NCBI GenBank assembly: GCA_047967505.1
Contig: CM106538.1
Strand: one strand, 5' to 3'
Source of the DNA: Dipteris shenzhenensis
Taxonomy: Eukaryota
DNA length: 64,000 nucleotides
The notes under the pieces were generated by a model that ran no database searches, was not told the origin of the DNA, and was given only the letters and a program-made list of their open reading frames with translations. Below are positions 52,031-64,000 of the stretch, piece by piece. Position 1 is the first letter of the stretch, and every line of letters begins with the position of its first letter. The position numbers and the translations under genes are program-made.

Positions 52031-54678
52031 CTTCATCCCTTCCTCCTCCTCCTCCCCTTGCTCCCTCCTTCCTCCCCTGCCCTCTCCTTCTCTCTCCTCC
52101 GCCTCTACGCTTCATCCCTTTTTCATTTGCCTCCCTGCAGCAGAAACACTCGTGTTTGCTACAGTGAAAGAAAATCTTGGTGGTGACCTTTGGTCTGGCC
52201 AGAGGGGCTCTATGGCAGCACCTCGACTCCCACAGCCGTTAAGGTTCTTCTTTCCCCAGCTAACAAGCAACAGGTACAACAAGCAGTCCAGTCCCTCAGG
52301 ACAAGGCGCTTGTGGGCAGAATTGTGGGCCTCACGCCTATAGGGAGACAAGTGCGACAGTGGATTCAGGCGAGCTTGACATTAGAGGGCGACTACATCCA
52401 AGAGGTCACCATCTATGGACGAGGTGTTTTCCTCATCCAGTTGAGCTCCCCTGACATCACCTCGACACTTGTGGAGCAAAGCCCCATTCTCCTTGGCCTG
52501 CACCTTGTCTACCTCTTTCTTTGGTATCATGGATTCACAGTGGAGGACATGGATACGACACACCATGTTCCACGGTTTCCGGTTACACTCCGCTTGCCAA
52601 GGCTCCCCAAGGAGTATCGAGCCATCCTCCCTTACATTGGCCGGGCATTTGGCACAGTGCTCGAGTCCCCGCTAGAGATGGCCGCATCCGTCCTAGCAGA
52701 TGATGGAGTCCCCAGATCAAACTGGTGGTGGAGAGCCCGGAGTCCTTGCCACTGCTTGGTATATTGCCTCCTGTTGGTGCTTTCACAGAGGATGCATTAG
52801 GCAGCTTCGACAGTTGGTACGGAACTTCCTCTGGGCAAGTTCAAACAGCACGAGAAACACTAGGGCCCGAGTAGCTTGATAGACAGTGATCATGCTGCAA
52901 GCACTGGGAGGCTTGGGTATCATTGATCCGGAGATGCAGAGCAGGGCCCTTCTCGGCAAGCTGGTGGTTCATGGCCTCACCCCAGATGCCGAGCCTTGGA
53001 AGCTCCTCTTACAGAGAGGGCTTCTGAGGAACACCCCACGCACTAGGGTACAGTGGCAGCCTTCACATACATGGATCTTCTCAGAGGCCCCCTTACGGGG
53101 AAGGGCTCCCCCCTGATGAGGAGTCTTCACAGGGTTTGGCAGAGACTAGCAAGGGGTCTCATCTGTGCTCCGTCCAGATAATGGGCACAGTGGGACAGTG
53201 GTCCAGCAAGGTCTTTTGGTTGCTGGAGCAGACTACCTATGGAGGCAGAGGCGAGGCTTGACGCCCTAGCGCATCTGAGAGGGGCAAGGCAGCGGATGGG
53301 CGAGATCGACTTAGCCATTCCTAAGTCCTAGTGGGAAGGACTTCACATTTGGAGAGAGCAGATGGCTGGGGCAGTTTTCCCGTACTGGTGTTCCCTTGAG
53401 GATTTTGATGCAGCGCGGCAGCACGCACCCCGACTTCTTCCGTGTAGGACCTGGAGGCCTATTGCATCCCCTCACTGGGAGTGACCCTGAGATGGATGGG
53501 AGTCTTGATGGGATACACTAGCAAATGATCAGAGTGGTAGGACGCTTGGGGAAGGAGTGGCACATCGATCCTCCCAGTATCTCAGAGCAGGACGCCTCTA
53601 GATGACACCTCTGGCTATGGGAGGGTAGACCCCTGAGGGAGGTCCAGTGGGACCCCAAGGAGTGGTTCTAGCCCTCCAAGGGCAGCCTAGCTGAGACGAT
53701 AGATGAGGTGCCTTTATTTTCCTACACCACACGGATTGGCAAGAGACTTCAGATGGACTCGTCGAGATGAACTTTCTCGAGGGAGAAACACTTGGAGACC
53801 CAGAGAGTGCCCCAGGATGTTCGCTCTAGGTTTTGGACACAGTTGTGGTCCAGCTTGTGGCCGAGGAAGATTTCTCGCTTCTTCTAGCTGGCAGCCCATG
53901 GAGGCTTGCCCATTGGCCCGTGGTCGGAGCAAATGCGAGTGGAGGGACAGTGACATTGCTGCTCAGATGGTGTCCTGGAGACTATCCCACACTGCCTATG
54001 GAGCTATCGTAGCGCAACGAGGATCTGGATGAGTCCTCAGGATCATGACACGCATACAGAGACTACACCTGGGGGATGGTGGCTTGGTTGACAGAGGGAG
54101 GACACGCGTTCTAGATTGATGAGATCTCCCTAGCCTATCGGATAAAGGGTCAGAGTATTCAAAGGATTGCATTCCACGAGGCAGCCCGGCCCCCCCTGAC
54201 GCCCTAGCTCCTCCTTCCCCTAGGGAAGACAGTGTTTGGGAGGTGGTAGCAAGCATCACGGCTTGGAACATTTGGGTGGCTCGCTGCAGTCTCGTGATGG
54301 GAGAGCACCCGGTTCCACCCTCGGCTACCTTGGTTGCCATCTGGCAGGATATCATTTACACTCTATGGTCCACCTGGGAGCGTTGGATTCCAGGCTCCAG
54401 GGCGACTATTGAGAGGCGTGCTCGTTTCTGCAAGGCTTGGCCTGCAGATGTTTTCTACATATTCACTGTGTGAGGGATTCGCTGGCTATATAGTCCCCCC
54501 ACTTGGCTGTTAGCCCCAGTTCCCGAGATCCCCTAGGCAATGAGCTGGGCTTCTCTGGAACAGGCCGGTTTTTCTTTCAGCCTTTTCCGGTTTTTTCATA
54601 CTCAGCACCTTCCGGGCTGTTGTCTTGTATGAAATCTTTCAAGCATTAATAGAAGGTTCCTTTCTTTGAAAAAAAAAA
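52031..54678 (+). mobile_element. Internally deleted L1-type LINE with 5' end, poly(A) tail and TSD
   Basis: TSD ATGCCCCTGAAAC at 52018-52030 and 54681-54693, with an A-tail at 54669-54678. ORF1 N-terminus (GRIVGLTP...YGRGVFLIQLSS) is joined at ~52745 to post-RT ORF2 sequence homologous to 59680 onward. Confidence 0.9.
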
Positions 54679-57600
54679 GAATGCCCCTGAAACTGATGTC
54701 GAAGAAGTCCATGGGGACAGCTGTTCACGGCATTTAGCCCATGACTCTCAAAACTGCAGGCTTAGAGTCACTAATGTCAGATTGGACTCATTGGAGGCCT
54801 GGGATATGACTGACTTTTCCTGACTTGGCACAGCCCCCAATTTATTGGTTATGCAGGAGATGAAGCAAGGCCTCAATTTGCAAAATCACTAAATTTGGGT
54901 GTATGCAATGCCTTCAAAGTTGCTGAATATCGAAAAGGCCCAAATTTTACAAAACATCCCCGAATATAAAAATTAGGATTTGCAGGTCGAACTGCTTGTA
55001 ATCTTCCTGAATAGAACTGATTTCGATGTAAATAAGACTTCCTCGGTGGCTAACCAGGCCGAGCAGACATAGAGGTAAATCGATCTTTCTTTTGACAAGA
55101 ACAGGAGATTCCAGTGATGGACCTAAATGGGAACTCACGAACAGTGCTTGTAGCTGGAGATAGACTATCCTCACTCTCTCTCCTGCTCACTAACTGCAAA
55201 CTGCAAGATGATGCACTCAATACACAAAGTGATGCTGTGGATGTGAGTGAGAGAATCAGAGGGAGAGAATATAACTGAAATGTATGAATGCCCGAAGCGC
55301 TGAATACAACTCTATGGAGGGGCTGAAACCATCATCTGCAAAACTAGAAAGAAACTAGACTACCTAGAGGAGGTGAATCCTCACTAGATCCCTAAAGAAG
55401 CTGAGGCTACCCTGCTAGTCTGCTACGGGAAGACCTGGCTCTACTGCTCTGAACAACCAAGCACACAGGCTAGAGATCAAACTCCCATAAGCCCATGTCT
55501 ATAGCTGTGGTGTCCCATACCATCAGAATCAGTTTCCAAGGAACCTTCGGCGCACCATCTCATGATCCGCCATGTAGATGGCAAAAGCCTTGTGTGCACA
55601 CTGAACGAATTCACAATAGCCTTGGCCACTCCCGATTCAACGAGTGTCCCTACCTTAATATAGCCAACTGGCCCTTTGATATTGCTCAAACCCTCTATAC
55701 ATACATTAAGCTTGCTTCTCTTTATCCAGGGCCTGTTAGAGGAAGTCCACTAATCTAAGGAAGACAGATAATCCAGGTACATAATAGCAAGTAAGCATGC
55801 ATAACACATCCAAACATTGTTGGAATAATAGGATCAATGCCCCAACTGTCGGCCCCCATATGCGAAGGACAAAGGGGCTTGACAACTATAGAACTATGGT
55901 GTGAAGGAAGCTATATTGGCAAAGGATAAAGCTGCCACATGGGTTGATCATGAACAACAGAAAACGGTGCCACATGGGCAGCACAGACAGCCCGCCACAA
56001 TGGCAGATGGAGGGGTCATCTGGTTGTCGGCCAGCTCAGCCCCTAGTGGGCTGATTTTAGGACTGATCGGCCAGTTAGAGGGCAGTCAGCTCTATATAAC
56101 AGCTCGCTTGGGGGCATTTAGCATTCAGCCAAGAGCAATCCAGTGTGTGAACACACAGCCTGGTTGAAGAGCAACTAGGTCTGCATAAGACAAGCAGTAA
56201 AGCTCTTATTTGAGGCAGTAAGGACAGTTCCACAGCAAAAGGTCCAACATACGGAGGCAAATAGCCATGCCATACCTAGCTTGCAGCATGTGGTGGTAGC
56301 TTGATTCTGTAAATCACACTACATGGGGTTTTGGCTGTACTTCTGGTGACAAGCAAAACATGAAGAAATTGGTGCCTTACTCTAGCAACAGTTCATGTCA
56401 ATTAAAAATGCACAGGTCTTCAAGGTCTGCTTCATCCGAGAGAACACTTTTTCTTAGAGAGTGGAGAGGAAGTCCTTTCTTCTTTGAGTCCCTTACTGGC
56501 CTAGCATGGCACCTTCAGCCTCACAATCTTGGTTCCTTTGAATCATATCCTTAAATTATTTCAGTGGCCCTTTACCAATTGTTTCTCATGCTTTGCATGA
56601 TGTATCTGTGCCTTGAGTTCCTTGCACTTGGCTTTCTTTCATACTCAGTAGAAGTTTTTTTCACGGAAAAAAAATATGACTATGTACCATGCTTGCTCAT
56701 CCCTACTTTAGTGGACTCTCACTATCCTTACATGAAACAATATGCAGGCCCAGCTACATCCTCTGCTTTCCCATGCCAGCATGGTTATGTTGCTAGGCTG
56801 CCTCCATTGTTTTCCTGTGATGGTGCACCTGCATGACACAGCCCCATTGAGTTTCCTGCCCTTAGTATTCATATTGGCTGTAGGCATTAGGCTGCCTGCT
56901 GCCTCGTCCAAGCAGTTTCATATGCATGTTGGGCTGACAAAAGATCATACATTGAGATGCTCCCACATTGATGCCTCCAGCCTCCAGCCCTTTATTCCTC
57001 ACTAGAATGGGACCACAGGGACTAGATCTTTGGTACGCCCATGGCGCGGAGGTGAACTTTCAGCTGAGCTTCACGCGCGAGGAGCCGGTGTGTGGTTTTA
57101 CAATAGGAGTTATCAGATTGCCAATGGAGGCAAAGGTGGAGCAGGCACACTTATGGCCCCTCCAGACGTGCGCCGAGTTGCTCGGGGTGGAAGCCTCCTT
57201 CATGATGAAGTGGGCACGGAAGATCGTAACATGGGCTCCACGACCGTGTTCGTAGTCAGCCGCAGTACTTGTTGCTCCGGCAGGAGTTGCAAAGGACAGT
57301 GGTAGGGCGGGCAGTGGACATCCTTATTATTCAAGAGCACATGTTTTCAGCAGCAAACATCAGACGACGCCCCAGGGAGAGGTCCAGAGGAGTGGTCTCC
57401 CGCAGTAGGACGGAGCGGAGGGGTCTGCATCTTAGTCTCACAGATTTTGGCTTCAGAGGTCTACAATCAGGGCAAGCTCATTCCAGGACGGGTAGTTTGG
57501 ATGGGAGTTCGGACGGTAGAGTCTAGGATTGGAATCCTGAACGTGTATGCCCCAGCGTGTAGACAGCATCGCCCGGCCTTTTGGATGAGGCTGTCAGAGT

Positions 57601-60574
57601 GTCTTTCAGATGTTGATTCCTAGATTGTTGGAGGGGACTTCAACAACCTGGAGTTTGGGGAAGACAAGCACGGCGGCGCCTCGTTCTTAGAGATGTCAGC
57701 AGCAGAGCATAGCACCTGGGAGCAGTTCATTTTCATGATCAGTGGCAGAGACCCGTGGAGAGAGCCAGAGTTCAACAGGACTCCTGGCAGCCTTCTCTTC
57801 TCCTTTGGACAGAGGAGACACGATGGATTGCTCGAGAGATTAGACCGCTTCTATGTTGGGGACTGGGCATTACACAAAGGCGGTTCTACCGGGATTCTGG
57901 CAAGTGCCACGATGTCCGACCACCCTCCAGTGGTACTTCACTTGGATCAGCCCCACCGAGGTCTCCCACAGAAGGGGGTCCACATTCCAGAGGACCTCTT
58001 TCAGGATGAGGAAATTCAACAGGTTATGGCAGAGATCTGGGAGCACTCAGAGATGGCACCGAGTGAGGGCTGGCCTGCGTGGGTGGCCAATGCGATTCAG
58101 AGGAGCAGTGTAGAGCTGCAGGCTCATGCCCTTAGGCGCACGAGGACACTTCAGGAGGGAGAGCGAGCTTTGAGGAGAGACCTCGCCTCCATCGAGAGGC
58201 TCAAGGAGCAGGACTCGGTTTCTCAATGGCTTAGTGACAGATTGGAGAGCGCTCGTCTTGAGCTTCAGGACACAGAGCTGCGACAGGCTGAGTTCTCCTA
58301 CCATTCCTCTCGGGCCCGATGGGTACAGCAGGGGGACAAGATGACGAAGCAGCTCTTTCAGACCACCGGGCCCCGATCGACCGGCACACAGCTACGTCTT
58401 TGGGACTCGCAGGGCATCATGCACACTGACCCGCAGGAGATTCTTGACATGACCAACGAATTTTCTAGCCAGCTCTTTCAGACAAAGAGGATGACCCCAG
58501 CAGGTCTTGTGGCCCGAGAGCTGGTTTCGGATCATGTTCCGATAGTAGTCTCGCGGGAGTTATGCAACAGACTTGAGGAGCCCTTCACAGATGAGGAGCT
58601 CTGGGAAGCCCTCAAGGCTCTCCCGACCCAAAAGTGCCCGGGGGAGGATGGCTTGACTTCGGCCTTCTTTCGGAACTTCTAAGAGATTATCTCTACCCCC
58701 TTCCGTTTAGCTTGCCAGGAGATTTTCGATACAGGCCTTCTTCCTTAGTCCTTGTGCAGGGGGTGGATCTGTTTGATCCCGAAAGGGAGAGATAGGTCAG
58801 ATATTCGACAGTGGAGGCCGATCACTCTACTTGATATTGCATACAAGATCCTCGCCAAGGTCTTGAGTTTGTGGTTACGGCCTCATCTTACCGACATCAT
58901 CCATGACACACAGACTGGGTTTGTCTAGGAGCGCAGATGCTGAACAACATCTTCACGTTCTGGGAGGCAATGGATTGGTCCAAGGAGGAGTCACAGCCAC
59001 TAGCCATCCTTCTCTTGGACTTTGAGAAGGCCTACGACAGGGTGGAGTGGTCTTTCCTGGAGGGCACTATGAGGAGATTGGATTTCTTAGACAGATGGGT
59101 CAAAGGAGTTTAAGCGCTATACGCAGGGAGCTCTAGTCAGATGATTATCGGAGGACACACAGGCGAGGCCTTCCCTCTCTCTCGCTCGGTTCGCCAGGGC
59201 TGCCCACTAGCTCCCTTCCTCTTCCTGTTTGTAGTGGAGGCTCTCGGCTACTTTTTGAGATCACAGGTGGCGGGTCTCACAGGGTTGAGACTCCCAATCA
59301 GGCAAGAGGAGGAGCTCCTTGACTCGGAGTTTGCAGATGACACGGCCTTGTATGTTGAGGGCACCACAGCGAGTCTAGAGAGAGTCAAAGGCGCCTTGGC
59401 TATCTATTGTGAGGCTTGGGGGCACGGATCAACTGGACGAAATCCATAGGCTTCTTCATGAGCTTTGAGGAGACACAGGAAATCCGTGAGTGGGGGAGTG
59501 ACTTTGGTTTCAGATGGATACCGCGGGGCCAAACAGCGAGATACCTCGGATGCCAGGTGGGTATTGACATTACAGCAGAGCAACAGATTGCCCCGATCCT
59601 TGAGAGTGTTCGGCACAAGCTTCTCTATTGGAGCTCGGCCAAACTCTCCCTCGCAGGTCGCGCCTCAGTGGCAAACCAGGTCCTTCTTGCCACTACCTAG
59701 TATATTGCCTCCTGTTGGTGCTTTCCCAGCGGATGCATTGGGCGGCTCCAACAGTTGGTACGGAACTTCCTCTGGGCAGGTTCAAACGGCACGAGGAACA
59801 CTAGGGCCGAGTAGCTTGGCAGATGATGATCATGCTGCAGGCACTGGGAGGCTTGGGTATCATTGATCCGGAGATGCAGAGCAGGGCCCTTTTGGGCAAG
59901 CTGGTGGTTCGTGGCCTCACCCCAGGTGTCGAGCCTTGGAAGCTCCTCTTACAGAGAGGGCTTCTGAAGAACACCCCATGCACTGGGGGACAGTGGCAGC
60001 CCTCACATAGATGGATCTTCTCAGAGGCCCCCCTTACGAGGAAGGGCTCCCCCCTGATGAGGAGTCTTCACAGGGTTTGGCAAAGACTAGCAGGGGGTCT
60101 CATCCGTGTCTAGCCATTCCTGAGTCTTGGTGGGAAGGACTTCACATTTGGAGAGACAGCAAATGGCTAGGGCAGTTTTCCCGTACTGGTGTTCCCTTGA
60201 GGATTTTGATGCAACGCGACAGCACGCACCCCGGCTTCTTCTGTGTAGGACTTGGAGGCCTATTGCAGCCCCTCACTGGGAGTGACCCTGAGATGGATGG
60301 GAGTCTTGATGGGATACATTGGCAGATGATCAGAGTGGTAGGACGCTTGGGGAAGGAGTGGCACATCGATCCTCCCAGTATCTCAAAGCAGGTCGCCCCT
60401 AGATGGCGCCTTTGGCTATGGGAGGGTAGACCCCTGAGGAAGGTCCAATGGGACCCCAGGGAGTGGTTCTGGCCCTCCAGGGACGGCCTAGCTGAGACGA
60501 TAGATGAGGTGCCTTTCTTTTCCTACACCACACGGATTGGCAGGAGACTTCAGATGGACTCGTCGAGATGGACT

Positions 60575-63208
60575 TGATGGGATATCTCAAGGTGTATGCC
60601 CCAGGCACACCTTGGTTTCTATGTGTGTGTGCTAGAGGCACAGTTAGGTGCCCATAAGCACTGTTAGGTGGTGGTAGAAGCCACATAGGATGATTGAGAG
60701 AATCTAGGAGCAGATTGAGGAGATGATTGTGGAGCTCAGAGGTCATCAGTGATGTCAGTGATCATGTAAGAGGTGCCTACTTAAGGACCTCACCTTTCTT
60801 CATTCCATATGCAAGAATTCTCAGTTTGTGTTCACTCCATGCTTTCCTTTCAGTTTACCAACATGGTATCAGAGCACTTTGATCCTCCTTGAGCCCACTT
60901 GTGCCACATCATCTTCTTCTCCATCTTCTTCTTCTTCATCTTCACCGTTTCTTCCCTTTCTTCCCAAATCTTGCTAAAGCTTGTTCTCCCTCAGTTCTCT
61001 GCCATTCTCCAAGCCCTTCCTGCTGGAGATACCCCTCATTTGGGCGAACTTCCACCTGCAAGCAATTGAAAAAAAAACGTCTCTGCTGGCTGCCATTCTC
61101 CAAACAGCGCATTTTTTCGTCATTCTTCTGTTGCAAAATACTCCATGCCTGCTGCACCATTGCTCGAGCCCTCTTAGGAGCAGATGAGCGACCTCAAGAC
61201 GAATATTTTGAGTCACTTTTTGCAGCCCATTTGGTTCAGTAACGAAGGAGAAAACGTAATATCGCGCGCCATTTCGCCCAACCTCTGTGCTGGATCTTCT
61301 CTGGTATATGAGCTTTCTTTTGCTTCAGAAAGACCTCTTTTCTTTGCTTTGAAGAGTGAGATACAAGCCCTCCAAGTTCAAGCCTCTGTTTTGGACAGTT
61401 TTGACAAGGTTGTGAGTGTGATGCTACATTAGATGCTACTTTAGCATTTCTGAGGTTTTAAAGTTTTGAAAAGCATCAGTACAACTGTGGCTACAACTTT
61501 CTTTTAAGTTGCTATACCTGGATTTGCTTGGAATACTTTCATTTAGTCACCTCTATGAAGCATGCAAGTGAAAACATCATTGATTTGTAGTATGGATTTT
61601 GGTTGCAAGCCTTTGCTACTCTAAATGCTTGTATTTTGAAGCTCTTCAACTCTTTCTAGCCTTGTAAGAGAGTAGACATTGCCCATTCTGGGTTAGACCC
61701 TCTCATGGCTACCATCTTGAATATGGATAAGTTCAATGGTAAGGGGTTTCACACATGGCAAATGAAGGTTAAATTTGCATTGATGAGGGAAAACCTCTGA
61801 GGGCTTGTCAAACCGGCTTCAACTTCTTCTTCAACAGCCTCCAATGCTCGAGAATCCTCAGCTCCGACACACCCGGCAAGAGATCCTGCTAGAGAGGAGA
61901 AAGCCTATGGCATCATTGCTCTTGCCTTAGGAGATGACTATATTCATCACATCTCTGACTTAGAGTCTCCTTCAGAAGCTTGGCAGAAGCTTGACATTAT
62001 TTTTGGTGCTAGCTCTCACATCTCAAAATTGTCACTTAAGATTGCTTTCTTTGAATTGAAGATGGTTAGTGGCACTCCTTTGGCTACCCATGTCAATTAC
62101 ATGCGGAGTCTCATGACTCAACTTGCTTCTATCAACTCTCTTATCACTACAGATGATGCAATGGCAGTGTTGCTCAAGAGTATGCCTGAAGATTATGATC
62201 ATGTTGTTACCACTTTGAAAAATCTTCCTAATCCTAATCTTGAAGGTCTTATCTCTGCTCTTCAAGAAGAAGAAAGGCACATGGAACTCCGGAAAGGCAA
62301 TGACATAACCTATGCCATAAAAATCCAGAAGGGCAAGTTTTCACCTTGCAATCATTGTGGGAAGACTAATCACCTCTCAAGAGACTGCTTCAAGATCAAT
62401 CCATGCAAACACTGTGGCAAAAACAATCATCATGAAAAGTTTTGTAGAGCCAAAAAGGAAGCAACTTCAAAGTCAGAAACTCCCAATCTACTTTCAGTTG
62501 ATGTGCCTCCACAAGATGAGGCATCCTATGAAGATTATGCTTTTTGAATCATCTCCATGTATGCTCCAGATCTCTCTTTTTGTTGAGTCAAGGTACTCAG
62601 CCTAGATAGTCCTCCAAAATGAATGAAATAAACTATTGTGTGTTTTGTAAACACCTCTGGTCACCATATGATGTAGGCCATGTGTATGTGTTTTTGCTCC
62701 ATGGTACCTCCTGCAGACATTGTATGCATGTACATGCAGGGGAGATAACCATTGGAAGGTCTTTTGTATCCCTTTTGTTTACTTCACACCCTTGGGAACC
62801 CCTTGCTAGCATGAGAACCTAGCCATAGATTTATCCTTGACCACCATGAGATGGCATGAGAAACTATGAGACTAGATGTATCCTTGACATAGCTTGAGGC
62901 ATTCCCTTGAGGGGGGGTATGATGGGATATCTCAAGGTGTATGCCCCAGGCACACCTTGGTTTCTATGTGTGTGTGCTAGAGGCACAGTTAGGTGCCCAT
63001 AAGCACTGTTAGGTGGTGGTAGAAGCCACATAGGATGATTGAGAGAATCTAGGAGCAGATTGAGGAGATGATTGTGGAGCTCAGAGGTCATCAGTGATGT
63101 CAGTGATCATGTGAGAGGTGCCTACTTAAGGACCTCACCTTTCTTCATTCCATATGCAAGAATTCTCAGTTTGTGTTCACTCCATGCTTTCCTTTCAGTT
63201 TACCAACA
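60575..63208 (+). mobile_element. Young gag-only non-autonomous LTR retrotransposon (TR-GAG type), 2634 bp
   Basis: 289-bp LTRs at 60575-60863 and 62920-63208 with one mismatch seen (60768 A / 63113 G). TSD GGACT, PBS TGGTATCAGAGC (60864-60875), PPT TTGAGGGGGGG before the 3' LTR. No pol. Confidence 0.96.
61705..62547 (+). pseudogene. gag: Copia-type gag with two zinc knuckles and a premature TGA at 61798-61800
   Basis: MDKFNGKGFHTWQMKVKFALMRENL*GLV..., a UBN2-like core, and knuckles CNHCGKTNHLSRDC and CKHCGKNNHHEKFC in one frame. Confidence 0.88.
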
Positions 63209-64000
63209 GGACTTCCTCGAGGGAGAGACACTAGGAGACCCAGAGAGTGCCCCGGGATGTTCGCTCCAGGTTTTGGACGCGATTGTGGTCCAACTTGCGA
63301 CCGAGGAAGATTTCTTACTTCTTTTGGCTGGCAGCCCACGAAGGGTTGCCCATCGGCCCGTAGTTGGAGCAGATGCAAATGGAGGAACAATGCCACTGCT
63401 GCTCAAATAGTGTCCTAGAGACTATCCCACACTGCCTATGGAGCTGTCGTAGCGCAACGAGGATCTGGATGAGAGCCCTCAGGATTATGACACGCATGCA
63501 GAGTCTTCACAGAGACTACACCTAGGGGATGGTGGCTTAGTTGACAGAGGGAGGACACGCGTTCCAGATTGATGAGATCTCCCCAACCTACCGGATACAA
63601 GGTCAGAGCATTCAGAGGATTGTACTCCACGAGGCAGCCCCCCCTGATGCCCTAGCTCCTCCCTCCCCTAGGGAAGATAGTGTTTGGGAGGTGGTAGCCA
63701 GCATCACGGCTTAGAAAATTTGGTTGGCTCGCTGCAGTCTCGTGATGGGAGAGCACCCGGTTCCACCCTCAGCTACCTTGGTTGCCATCTGGCAGGATAT
63801 CATTTGCACTCTACGGTCCACTTAGGAGCGTGGGACTCCAAGCTCCAAGGCGACTATTGAGAGGCGTGCTCGTTTCTGCAAGGCTTGGCCTGCAGGTGTT
63901 TTCTACATTTTCACTCCGCGAGGGATTCACTGGCTGTATAGTTCCCCCACTTGGCCCCAGTTCCCAAGATCCCCTAGGCAGTGAGCTGGGCTTCTCTAGA

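Larger units (their letters stand above)
57005..64000 (+). mobile_element. 5'-truncated, decayed L1-type LINE (APE endonuclease and RT), interrupted by an LTR element and running off the window
   Basis: EN motifs DILIIQEH, LNVYAP, GGDFNN, RLDRFY and SDHPPV. RT motifs KCPGEDG, WRPITLL, LLDFEKAYDRVEW, VRQGCPLAPFLF and EFADDT. Multiple stops. Same family as 52031-54678. The 5' boundary is approximate. Confidence 0.93.

Noticed and set aside
54700-57000. Short ORFs and possible LTR fragments between the two LINEs
   Set aside because: No convincing termini, TSD or protein motifs could be established by eye.
60876-61700. Possible captured host fragments in the TR-GAG leader
   Set aside because: The short ORFs on both strands show no motif I can recognise. 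A BLAST search would be needed.

Overview
Eukaryotic land-plant nuclear DNA that is TE-rich, with spliceosomal introns. The LINE and PPR styles suggest a non-seed plant, but that is inference. Two host genes are present. One is an intact 13-exon GH1 beta-glucosidase-like gene (+, 2066-7472, 527 aa) that keeps both catalytic Glu but has replaced many conserved sugar-binding residues. The other is the last four exons of a RabH1/Rab6 GTPase (-, 49043-49891), whose upstream intron appears to be >14 kb and full of TEs. The rest is nested transposons: two inverted copies of a CACTA end; a very young Ty1/copia (13351-20637, identical 257-bp LTRs, CTGCT TSD); hAT and TnpD remnants; two decayed copia elements; an internally deleted LINE with TSD; a second LINE interrupted by a young gag-only LTR element (TR-GAG type); and two decayed coiled-coil/RING-H2 ORFs. 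The most striking feature is the young copia's ~2.4-kb leader. It carries an antisense mosaic of host-gene fragments (PLS-PPR, a coiled-coil segment and patellin), next to an ABRE/G-box array and a perfect hairpin, and its LTRs carry telomere-type repeats. All family assignments come from motif recognition by eye; no database searches were run.
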